From positions 127,924-191,923 of the forward strand of contig JAAOMT010000222.1 in the NCBI GenBank assembly GCA_016748015.1: a stretch of DNA of 64,000 nucleotides, given 5' to 3'. Of the stretch, positions 14,872-25,357 are shown piece by piece. The position numbers were made by a program, and so were the translations under genes. Source of the stretch: Geosiphon pyriformis uo1 (taxonomy: Eukaryota > Fungi > Glomeromycota). The stretch's first letter is position 1. Every line of letters starts with the position of its first letter. The notes under the pieces are model-generated. The model was not told the DNA's origin, did no database searches, and saw nothing but the letters and a program-made list of their open reading frames with translations.

Positions 14872-16832
14872 TGAGAAGACGAGAGAACCGAAGAACCCAA
14901 ACCAGAACACAACATATCCAGTCTTGCCAACACTGAGCCGATTAATGCATCCAAAGCCATCAACTTTGACTCCAAACCACCAACCTTGGCAGTTAGAACC
15001 TTCGAACTACTGGAACCAAAATCAGGATTGGCATCATCAACAGTAGGGCAAAGAGAAGGAGAGACCACCAACGGAACGTCCAGTGTTATATCCAAATCCA
15101 CGCATAAGGCCAGGGAAGCAGATGCAATGGGATGAGAGGCTAGAGAAGAAGACTTTGAAGATACCACCTCAACACAACTCAGCTTCTTCACAATGGCAGA
15201 AACTTGGTCTGCCAAAAGCTCCAAAGAGCGTTCCAAAATTGCCAACCGATTGCACAAACCAGAGATATCAGAAGGAGAGGATTCTACCGAGGCAGAACCC
15301 GCATCGAAACTAGCACCAACAGAAAAAAAACCCAAAGAAACCACATGAAAGGAAGTGCCACTAGCAACTTGGGCCCATGTCTTGCCACCAAAGGAAACTG
15401 GGTGAGTGATAGGAGTCTGTTTCTTTCTATATACATTAGCTAGACAAACCCAATTCTGAGAAGTTACTACCTGCTTACTGCGAGCACCAGAATTCTCACT
15501 CATAGAACAAACATTAGAAACATGACCGAATTGTTTACACACTACACAACAGGCCAAAGATAGACCAGTCCAACACAAACTCACACTCTTGAAAACCAGA
15601 ACCGAACCAATAGCAGCCAACTTGGATGCCTCACTCTCAAAACAGATCACAGCACACCGATCATGAATATATGAAGATGGATTACGGCCAATAAAACAAG
15701 TTTTTCCACCATAGGCCTTCACTAATGCAAACAAATCATAGGCAGTGGTGCCAACTGGAAGAGTGTAAAGCAATGCCCAATGCTGATTCTTAGATACTCA
15801 TGTTTGTTTATCAACACTTGTCTTTGCCACGCGAACAAAATTTTTTCCCATGAGCATAGACCATCTAGCCATGACCAAATCAGCTATCTCAGATGATTCA
15901 TATTCCACTAGAGCCTTTTGCCAAAGACCAATAAGCTGCACTTTGATTGAAATAATCTTGCCAAACTTGGAGAACACTGCCTCAATCGCTGATTTGGGAA
16001 GATCCACTGGAATTTCCTTGATGATTACCCCCCGATCTGAATGATTGTTTACTTTTCTTAGATCATCATTTACCAAAAATTTTTCACTGATTGCCATTTC
16101 CCTTGCCTTAATCAAACTTTTTTCAGATGTAAATGATGACCTTATTATTCCTGGAAATTTTGAGAGAGTTGAAGCCCCCCCAAAACCATCAACTTGATAA
16201 AAAATTTTTTTCACACAAATCAACTTATCACTAACAGTTTTCCCAGGAACAGCAGAAAGTTCAATATCTAATGCAAAAGATTTCACCGAAATAAAACTCC
16301 AAATCTCCCGATCACGTGACGCGACTGGCAGCAACTGATTAGATCCATTGAACGTGCGAGGAGGGAGCTCCAAAATGTCGTCAGCACCACCCACATCAAC
16401 AAAAGAAGGCTGCTTAGACAGGTGTTCAAATACGTACGTTCTCGTTCTCAAACCCTTTAGTGTAGTATTACCCATTAGTTTGTCATTCCCGGAAGTGTTG
16501 GAATCAATGTAGCTTGTTTCTTCCACAATTGTGTTCTTCATGTTCTCAACATCAGAAGTCCTGCCAATACTTGATTCCTCACTGTCCATTTCGCTACCCC
16601 AAGATTTCTTCTGGTTATCAATGCCACCATGTAGCATGTCCACAGGCAGAGGGCCAGCTGACGAATCCACAACAACACCAGAATTATCAGGTTTCTTCGC
16701 TTTCTTGTAAGATGGACCACGAGTGTAAACACTCTCAATGCACATCTTTTTTTTAGTACCAGAATGGGTCCCCACACCAGCTAAACCAGATGCTGACCCA
16801 CCAGCAGAAGAGCCTACTGGATCCATTATCAT
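14868..16832 (-). pseudogene. LINE copy 1 ORF1 (RRM-like domains, CCHC knuckle, C-terminal coiled coil)
   Basis: ORFs 15798-16832 and 14868-15773 are one frame broken by one TGA. RRM-like segments VIIKEIPVD...FSKFGKI...ALVEY and LYTLP...CAVICF; knuckle CVVCKQFGHVSNVC; SFGGKTWAQV; heptad Leu repeats. Confidence 0.88.
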
Positions 16833-17799
16833 GAACAGAGGTGTATGTAAAGAAATAACTGAAGGGAACAGAAGAGAATAAGGGAAAAGGAAGATATTTC
16901 TTTGACTACTTTATGCTCTCATTATGGTCAGGGAATTAACGAAAGAAAGAGTTTTTTAAATATTTTTAAATATATGATAAAATAATCAAATTTATATCAA
17001 TTACTAATATAGTTATTTTGCAGTAAATATCAATTTTTTTACCAAAAAATCTTATTTGTAAATTTTTCAAAATTATGTGTGATTATTTTACAGAAAAATC
17101 AATTTTTTTACAGAAAATTTCGACTGTAAGCTTAATAATATAAAAAAAATAAATTAAATAAATAAATTAAAAGATAAAAATAAGAAATATTTTTTAAAGA
17201 AATTGTTTTAAATTTAGATCTAAAAGTGACTAATAGTTACTGAAATTAGTAGTTAATTAATTTCAAAATATTAGTTTTAAAGAATTAATTTTAAGTATTA
17301 ATACTTAAAAATTTTTGGAATTTTTAAGATAATTTTTGAATTAATTTATAAAAACTGTGTATTAATTTTAAAGTGAGATTTTCGATTTTAAAAAAGATAT
17401 TTAAAGCTAAGATATATTTTTTCGAAAAAAAAACTTTTTTTTATATAATTTGTTATAATATTATTTTATAATCTAATATTTTCTCTTTTTCTAATATTTT
17501 AGCAAACTAAAAATATATTTTATTAAACTATAGATTATTTTAGTAAACTGTTTAAATAATTTATTAAATTTACTAAATATTTTGGCAAATCTTGACTGTT
17601 ATATAATTCAGTATATTAGATAATTTAATTATTACAATTTGATTATATTTGTGTTTTATACAAATTAAGTTATTAATTAAATAATAATTTGAGTAATTTA
17701 ATAAGATAATAAATAATAAATTAAAATAATAATATATGTTAATTAATAATAAAAATTATATAAATAAATTTATGTTAAATAATATCTTAAATTTCAATT

Positions 17800-18240
17800 A
17801 GTAATATTATCTTACAAATTTTAAATCTAATAAACAAATTTGCAAAAAATACAGAATTTTAATTCCAAATATTTATTTGCTTAAAAGAATCAAAAAATTT
17901 AATGTTATTTTTTACAATTCCAACAATTATTTTATTATATTAAATAATTATTTAGAAATTAAAATTATTTATAATAATATTTTTTAGCAAAAGTTATCAC
18001 AAAAAATTGTAAATTTTACAAAAATAATTAGACACTTTCTTTTAAAATTTAATTTAATTCTTATTATTAAAAATTATTATATTGTTGTTAAAAATTATTT
18101 TGAATCAATATAAAACAATTAGAATTATAACAACAAAACCAACTCAAATAATTAATCATAGAATATGTTAATATATTTATTAAAAACAATAATAATATAA
18201 AAAAACTGATTTAGTTCAATATTATATTTATATTGAAAAT
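17800..18240 (+). mobile_element. Gypsy family A pol fragment (region between dUTPase and RT)
   Basis: Reverse-complement similarity to ~6440-6850 and ~22330-22775, e.g. taaacaaatttgcaaaaaata versus tattttttgcaaatttgttta. Confidence 0.65.
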
Positions 18241-18566
18241 TACAAACAGTATTTGGATTTTAATAAAGCTTAATTTTAAAAAAAAAATTATGCTATTAGC
18301 AAAAATTTAAGTTATTATTTAACATAAAATTATCTTTATAATTTTTATTATTAATTAACATATTAATTATTATCTTATTAAATTATTTAAATTATTATTT
18401 AATTAATAATTTAATTTGTATAAAACACAAATATAACCAAATTGTAATAATTAAATTATGCAATATACCAAACTATGTAATATTTAAAATTTACTAAAAT
18501 ATTTAGAAATTTGACACAATATTCAACAATTTACCAAAACAACTGATAATTTATAAAAATAACTAA

Positions 18567-20864
18567 TTTTTTTTTATTAGAGTTTAACGAGCAAGGCCCA
18601 ACTATTATCTAATGCAATATGACTATGTAGGGTCTTAAATTAGATGTAGTTTATGTGTTTTCTACATGTAACCAGCTACTCAAGCCAGTTCAGGCTATAC
18701 TACGTTAATGCACCAGAAGAAAACTTACCCAAAAATGATATCTTTTGAATAACCAAAAACAGAGTCACACTACAAAAAACCAATCCAACCAGCCATTCAA
18801 CTGTTTTTAAAGCATCAGCTTTAACATCAATAGACTCATGTTCCCAAAGGGACAACAAGTTAGAAAACACCTCATCATCCAAACCAACTAGATGCTCTAA
18901 ATTACCAAACATATTGATATTCTCCATGCAGCATTCTTTTTTTAAAAAAACCACTTCCTTCTCCAACTTACCAACAATCTTACTAAAAGAACCCATATGT
19001 ACCATAACCTCATTGATCTTAAGGCCAAGTTTACTGCTTGAGACCAAATTCTCATTAATAAATTGCTCAAACAATTTGACCAAGAAACCAACTGGTTTAA
19101 CAATAGACTCAACCAAAGTAAAAAGCTTGACCAAATCAGATTCCAAAGAAGCCAACTGGGAAGACACTAAGGAATCACCAACAACCATAGAAGAGAAAGT
19201 AGAAGCTGCCAAGGGAGGAAACTCAGAAGAATCTAGGAAAGCAAAAGCTTTTGCATAAGAAACACCACCCACAAAATGAGACTTGAAAACTTTGGGAACC
19301 TTGGGAGTAGAAGGTGGGGAAATCTTGCAATCCACAGCCAGATGGCCTATTTCTTAACACCTAAAGCAGTGCTGGCAGCCAGGAGTTTCCCACCAGATAC
19401 AGCATTTCCTTAGAGTACCAGTCTTGACTACAGCAGAATTCAAATCACCTTGAGAGTCAAATGTAACCAAAGCAAACCGGAAACAATGACCAGAATCAGA
19501 AGAACGAGAAATAAAACATGTTTGACCACCAATCTGAGAAATCATATTACTGATTTCAAAGGCAGTACAGCCAAGGGGAAGGTTGACCAATTTGGCTTTA
19601 AACTTATCACAAGACAAAATAGTCTCATTTTGATTCACTAGAAGAAGAATTCTAACACTATCCTTGTCCATCAAGACTGACCAATGCTTCAAGGCAGACA
19701 CAGCAGAATCTAACTTTTCAAAATAAACTACCATATACTGCCAAATGCCAGCAGGCTTCAGCACAACACGAATAATACTACCAAATACACTGAAAGCCAA
19801 TTTAATGTCAGCAGCAGACACACCCAAAGGTACATCACACAGCGCAACAGCAGCAGGAGAGGAACCAGATTCAGAAACCACCAAAGACTTGGCAATTTTG
19901 AGAGTGGTCAAATGAACAGAGCTTGTAAGCTCAACTAGAAATGTAGCTTCCAAAGACTGTTGAGAAGCAAACCCCACACAGAAAAGCTTCACATTGTTTT
20001 TTGAAACAGATTTAGCACCCAAGAAACCATACACAAACTGAAAAACAGTCTTAACATAAGCCAATTTGATTTTAAAAGTAGCACTAAGCACCAGAGTAGA
20101 GACTACCCATCCAGCAAACCTTTGACAACTAGTAATAGTTTCCCAAGCACCACCAGAAGTAGCACCAGAAACTAGAGGAGGAGATGAATCAGTTTCCATT
20201 TGATCAGTCCAGTTCCCAAGAACAGATAACCCAACAAGAGGAGATTGTTTTGCTTCCACTACTGACGATAATCTGCCAGAAGACACCACATTTGGCAACA
20301 CAGCCAGTGGTTGATCTTGGCCCATCTTGAATAATGTGCCAGATGATATTATGGAGATCTTATCTAAGATCTTATTGAGAACCACAAAGGGATTTGGTGT
20401 AATAATAGCAGAAGCAAGCAACTGCTCCCACTTTTCTGAACTTCTGGTCTTTTTGACCATTTTTTTTAAAGAGGTAGTGCTAAAAGTACCAGGTGTTGAA
20501 TCTATAGAGGAGAAGACCAGCTTATTTACTGGTCTATTATTAAAAACTTTTGGGCTCTTGGTTGGAGTGGAGACAACACTGGGACTAACTCAGGTGTGTT
20601 TTTTTGAGGGGACTTTGACTGGTGAGAAACCAGCCAAAGATGAGGGAGTTGCTTTAGTGGCTACCAAAGGCAGCTTATCATGATTACTGGGTAAGAGGAA
20701 GACTTCTAAAATGTTTTGCCTAGTTGCTTCTACAACAGAGAAAGCTCCTCTGGTTGAAATTTTATTAGATATCTCAGGACAGATATCAGGTGCAGCTTTT
20801 TTATTCTTTGCTCTGGTCGTGGTCATAAAATTAAGGAGACAAAGAGTTTTTTTTATTTTTTTTT
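18567..20864 (-). mobile_element. Non-autonomous ORF1-only retroelement (HAL/'half-LINE'-like)
   Basis: 5' A-tract (20847-20864), start CTCTTTGTCTCC at 20846, 20-nt 5'UTR, single ORF1-like frame, 3'UTR 18576-18699 homologous to the LINE 3'UTRs, poly(A) 18567-18575. No APE, RT or RNase H sequence. Both flanks belong to one continuous host sequence. Confidence 0.85.
18700..20826 (-). pseudogene. ORF1-like RNA-binding protein (708 codons, two in-frame nonsense codons)
   Basis: ORFs 20590-20826, 19354-20460 and 18700-19335 are all one frame with no indel. RRM-like segments (ALCDVPLG...FSVFGSI...MVVYF; KLVNLPLG...FALVTF), knuckle CFRC*EIGHLAVDC (CX2CX4HX4C), C-terminal heptads. Confidence 0.85.
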
Positions 20865-21599
20865 ATAACTTATAGCTGAATAAAATATATTTTTAGTTTA
20901 TTAAATATTAGAAAAAAAATGCTGAATCATAAAATAGTAGTATAACAAATTATATAAAATAAGAGCTTTTTTTTGAGAAAATATATCTTATTTTAAAATA
21001 TTTTGTTTTTACTACAAATTAATTCAATAAAAATTATTTTAAAAAAAATCCAATTTTTTAATTATTATTACTTCAAAATTTATTATATATTAATATTTTG
21101 AAATTAATTAGCTATTAATTTTAGTAACTATTAATTATTTTTAAGCCTAAATTCGAAATAATTTTTTGATTATATTTCTTATTTTTTTCTTTAATTAATT
21201 TTTTATAATTATTTTCTTTTTTTTTATATTATTAAATAGTCTATAGTCAAGATTTTTGTAAAAAAATTGATTTTTATAGCAAAATAACTACATATTATTT
21301 GAGAAGTTTACAGACAAAATTTTTTTGTAAAAGAATTGATTTTTATTAAAAAGTAATTATACAAATAATTGGCACAAAATTAGTTATTTTATTATAAATT
21401 TAACAGTATATACAGTTCAAAATATAGAAAAATACTTTGAAAAAAAAATTAGTATTAATAATTTATCAGCTTTTAACAAAATTAACAGCAAAAACAGTAT
21501 TTACAATATTAAAAAAAGTGTTGAAAAATTTTCAGTAACAATAAGCAAAGATTAATACTATTATTAATTTTATTTTTAGAATATTAAATGCTTTTTATT

Positions 21600-23050
21600 G
21601 TTTTGTAATCTAATTGTATTTAACATTTTTGTTGAAAGATTTGGTACTTTCAGAAAAATTTTTAATAAATTTTTAATAATAAAATGCTAATTTTGTGAAT
21701 TTTTTTAATTTGATAATATTTCTAAGAACTTTGAATTTTTTAACAATACTGATTTTATTTGAATTAGATTTAACTTTTTTTTTATTAATAATATAACCAA
21801 AAAAAACCAAATTGGTTTTTTTAAAATAGTATTTTTTAATGTTTAATTTTAATTCTGTTTTTTATAATTGTTGAAAAACTTTTTACAACTAAACTAAATA
21901 AGCTTCAAATAAAAATAAATAAATATTAGTATTGTTAAATTAAATAATTATTAATTATTAAAAAATATTATATTAAACTTATAGGTTTTTTTTAAGTGAT
22001 AAAAGCTATTTTTAGTTGATTTTTAAAATTTATTGTCAGTATTCACTTTTTAAATTTAATGCTAAAAAGTATTTAAACTTTTTAAAAGCATTTAGCATAT
22101 TATTAATTCTGAATAAGAAATAAGTATTTTTAATTATAATATTATTTAATTAATAATAATTAACACAAAATCATATTTTGTCCTTTTTTTTTGATAAAAA
22201 CTATTAATAAAGTTTATAAACTTATTAATAATTAGATAAGCTTATTATTAAACATTTATTATACTTTTTTTTAAATAAATTAGTAACTTTTAAGTAATAC
22301 TTAATAAATTTGTCATCTTAATTTTGTATTTTTTGTGTAAATTTAATGTTATATTAAATTAAGTTTTTCAAAATTGTTACTGTTTTTTGCAAATATTTTA
22401 GTATATTTTGCAATTAGCTATTTAAATTGTTTTTGTTATTATAGTTCTAATTGTTTTATGTTGATTCAAAACAATTTTTTAATAATAATATGATAATTTT
22501 TGGTAATAAAAATTGAATTGAAATTCAGAAGTAAATATCTAATAATTTTTGTAAAGTTTGTAATTTTTTGTAAAATTTTTTGCTAAAAAATATTACTGTA
22601 AGTAATATTAAATTTTAAATATTTATTTAATATAACAAAATAATTGTTAGAATTATAAAAAATAATATTGAATTTTTAAATTCCTTAAAACAAATAAATA
22701 TTTGAAATCAAAATTTTATATTTTTTGCAAATTTGTTTATTGGATTCAAAGATTGGTTAAGTGGTAATAAGTATTATTATTTTTGATAAAATTTTAATAG
22801 TAATTTTAAGATTAATTTTTGTTAAGAATTTTGGTTATAAGACCAAAGTTTCTTTTTTTAAATATTGTAAATTATATTTTACATCAATTTTATGAATTTT
22901 TTTTGGCTTAATTTTTTTTTATTGTTGTTAAAATATTTAAGTTGTAAAGCAAATTGGTTTTCAATAAGATAGATTAAAACTGTTGAGATTTTTAATTATA
23001 TATTTTTCTAATCTAAATTTAATTTTATTTCTATTATTTTTTATGAATAG
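21600..23050 (-). mobile_element. Gypsy family A pol fragment (dUTPase N-half, internal deletion, RT)
   Basis: 21600-22775 is a direct paralogue of ~5660-6850. 22790-22915 reads KPKKIHKIDVKYNLQYLKK...KINLKITIKI, consistent with decayed dUTPase motif I (AGYDL) and the following strand. Confidence 0.7.
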
Positions 23051-23292
23051 TAGTATGCTAAAGACATAATATTGTTATAGATTGAAATAACAAACTAATA
23101 AATAGCAAAAAAAAACAGAATTGTAGGATAATAAAATTAATCAAAGAGAATTTAACTTTAAGAAGCAAATTGAATGAATATGAATTCAATATACAAGATT
23201 AGTTTTATAAAATATTTCAGTCACTATTTTTTTTAAAAAATAACCAAAAAATTTGAAAATAAAGGAATAAAAAAAACTTTCTCTTGTCAATC

Positions 23293-23307
23293 CCCTGACC
23301 ATAATGA
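23293..23307 (+). promoter_or_regulatory. Candidate internal promoter motif CCCTGACCATAATGA in LINE 5'UTR (also 16919-16933, minus)
   Basis: 15/15 identity between copies 1 and 2 at about +17 to +19 from the 5' end, while the surrounding UTR is diverged. Function inferred. Confidence 0.45.
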
Positions 23308-23401
23308 AAGTGAAAATTTATTAGAAATATAACATACTTTTTTTTTTTTTCCCTTTCACTTTTTCATAATTATTTCTTTTAATCCACCTGTCTTTGTTAT
23401 C

Positions 23402-25357
23402 ATAGAACTGGTAGGCTCTTCTGCTGATGGCTCTGTTTCAGGTTTGGCTGGTTTAGAGATCTGCCCAAATACTAAGAAAAAGCATGTGGAAAGTGTCTAC
23501 TCTTGTGCTGCATCGTATAAAAAGCCGAAAAAACCCGAAGCTGGTAGTGTTTTAATCGATTTGTCTATTGGCCCTCTGGCTTTAGAAGATATTGGCATTT
23601 CTAACAATAAGCTTACAGTATCCTGAGGAAGCAAGATTAGAAGTGTTGCTAGTAGTGTAAGTGGTCTCTTGGATGTTGAGAATATGGTGAACATGGTTGC
23701 TGAAAAAACAAGTTATACTGAATCAAGTGAGGATGACGATATGAATAATGCTATGCCAAAAAAAACTTGTATCTGAACATACATGTTGAGAAACCCTCCG
23801 AAGGCTCCAATGTTTGACACTATGAGCGATGATGAAAGTATGCTTGGTCTTCCTTCTCCAAAGTTTGTTGGTTCCAATTAGCTGCTGCCTGTTAGATCAC
23901 GTGTCGTGAAAAAATGTAGCTTTGAGCCAGTTAAATCATTCACATTGGATGTTGAGTTGTCTGCTGTGCCTAAAAAACCAAATAGTGATAAGTTAATTGC
24001 ACTTAAAAAAATTTTCTATCAAATTGATGGTTTTGGAGGGGAGGTGTCAACTCCCTCAAAATTCTCAGGGATCATCAGAGCTTCATTTACATCTGAGTTT
24101 AATATGATTAGGGCAAAAGAATTGGCGATTTGTGAGAAAATCATTGTTAATAATAATCTAAGAAAAGTAAATAGCCATTCAGATTGGGAAGTGATAGTCA
24201 AGAAGATCCCAGTGGATCTTTCCAGATTGGCAATTGAATCAGTATTTTCTAAGTTTGGTTAGGTAATTTTGATTAAGATACAACTGATTGGTTTGTGGCA
24301 AAAAGCTTTGGTAGAATTTGAGTCATCAGCTGTGGCTAGTCTGATTGCTTCTAAATAGTCAGTTTTTGTGGGTAAAGATTCTGTTTGTGTTGCTTTGGCA
24401 TTAAATGACAAGAAATTGTGGATGGCCAGAGATCATTATCGGACATTGCTTTATACTCTTCCAGTTGGTACAACAGCTCATGATTTGTCAGATTTGGTGA
24501 ATTCTTATGGTGAGAAAACTTGTTTTATTGGCCATAATTCCAGCTCTTATGCACGTGATAGATGTGCAATTGTGTGTTTTGCCAATAAGGCATCCAAATT
24601 AGCAGTTATTGGGTCTGTTTCTGTTTATAAAAGTGTGAATTTGCATTGGACTGGTCTTTCTTTGGCTCGTTGCACCAAGTGTGAATGTTTTGGTCATATT
24701 TCTGAAGTGTGTTCAATTGGTAGAAATTCTGTAGTTCATCATAAGCGAGTGGTGTCTTCTTAAGATCAAGTTCACTTGGCTAATATTTATAAGAGAAAAC
24801 AAGCTCCAGTTGCCTGTCTGGTATCTTTTGGTGGTAAAACTTGGGCACAAATTAGTGGTGGTGCACCTTCTTATGTGTCTTTGTCAGTTCCTTCTGGAGC
24901 TGGTTCAACTTTAAGTATGACACCTTTGGTGATGGCTTCTGATTCTTTTGATAATTCTGGTTTGACTGACCACATGGCTTTTTTGGAATGCTCTATAGAG
25001 CTTTTGTCAGATCAAGTCTCTGAGATTTTAAGAAAGTTGAGCTTTGTAGAATTGGTGTTGATTTCATCTTCTTCTTGTATTCTCTCTTCTGTTGTTGCTC
25101 CTCCTATAGACCCAGCTTTGAATTCAGATATGGCTGTGGATAATGTGGTAATGCCTTCACCTTCTTTATCCTCTTCCCCAATGACTAGAAATGCCACCTC
25201 AGACCTGAGTTTGAGCAGCTTAAAGGTTCTTACTACTAAGATAGATGGATTGGAATCTAAGATGATGGCTTTGAAGATATCGGTTAGTTTAGTTTTGTCA
25301 AGATTGAATTTTTTGTGTTCTGGTTTGAATTCGTCAGCTTCTTTTCCATCTCAATGA
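23402..25357 (+). pseudogene. LINE copy 2 ORF1 (same subtype as copy 1)
   Basis: Fragments 23444-23626, 23906-24262, 24368-24763 and 24776-25357 are collinear with copy 1 ORF1. Knuckle CTKCECFGHISEVC. Start codon apparently mutated to ATA. Confidence 0.85.

Larger units (their letters stand above)
10051..16957 (-). mobile_element. Full-length non-LTR retrotransposon (LINE with APE, RT, RNase H), copy 1
   Basis: A-rich tail 10051-10069, 3'UTR 10070-10182, ORF2, ORF1, 5'UTR starting CTCTTTCTTTC at 16951 after an A6 tract. TSD core TTAAATATAT at 10041-10050 and 16966-16975. Confidence 0.95.
2333..17795 (-). mobile_element. Degenerate Ty3/Gypsy LTR retrotransposon (family A), interrupted by LINE copy 1; ends approximate
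   Basis: Minus-strand remnants in Gypsy order: leader/gag (17795-16976, continuing 10050-8600), protease (LILNNESTENTI, read as decayed LILDSGSAGSII, ~7790-7830), C-terminal half of dUTPase (~6985-7160), RT (VYLNNTN, read as YLDD, ~5940-5960), RNase H and integrase (~3600-5600). Host sequence is continuous across LINE 1 when compared with the copy at 21240-21540. LTRs could not be resolved. Confidence 0.75.
18302..21540 (+). mobile_element. Gypsy family A 5' leader/gag-start fragment, split by the ORF1-only element
   Basis: 18302-18566 plus 20865-21540 align in inverted orientation to 17795-16976 and 10050-9890. Confidence 0.7.

Noticed and set aside
12040-14910. 956-aa RT ORF as a group II intron, retron or DGR RT, or as an intact active gene
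   Set aside because: N-terminal APE domain, upstream ORF1, poly(A) tail and TSD identify a LINE. The frame is truncated by a stop before RNase H, and the true start is 14871.
10127-15443. Numerous antisense and alternative-frame ORFs over the LINEs (e.g. 10127-10603, 12905-13399, 48041-48544)
   Set aside because: Shadows of ORF1/ORF2. Their starts and stops are not conserved between copies and they have no recognisable domains.
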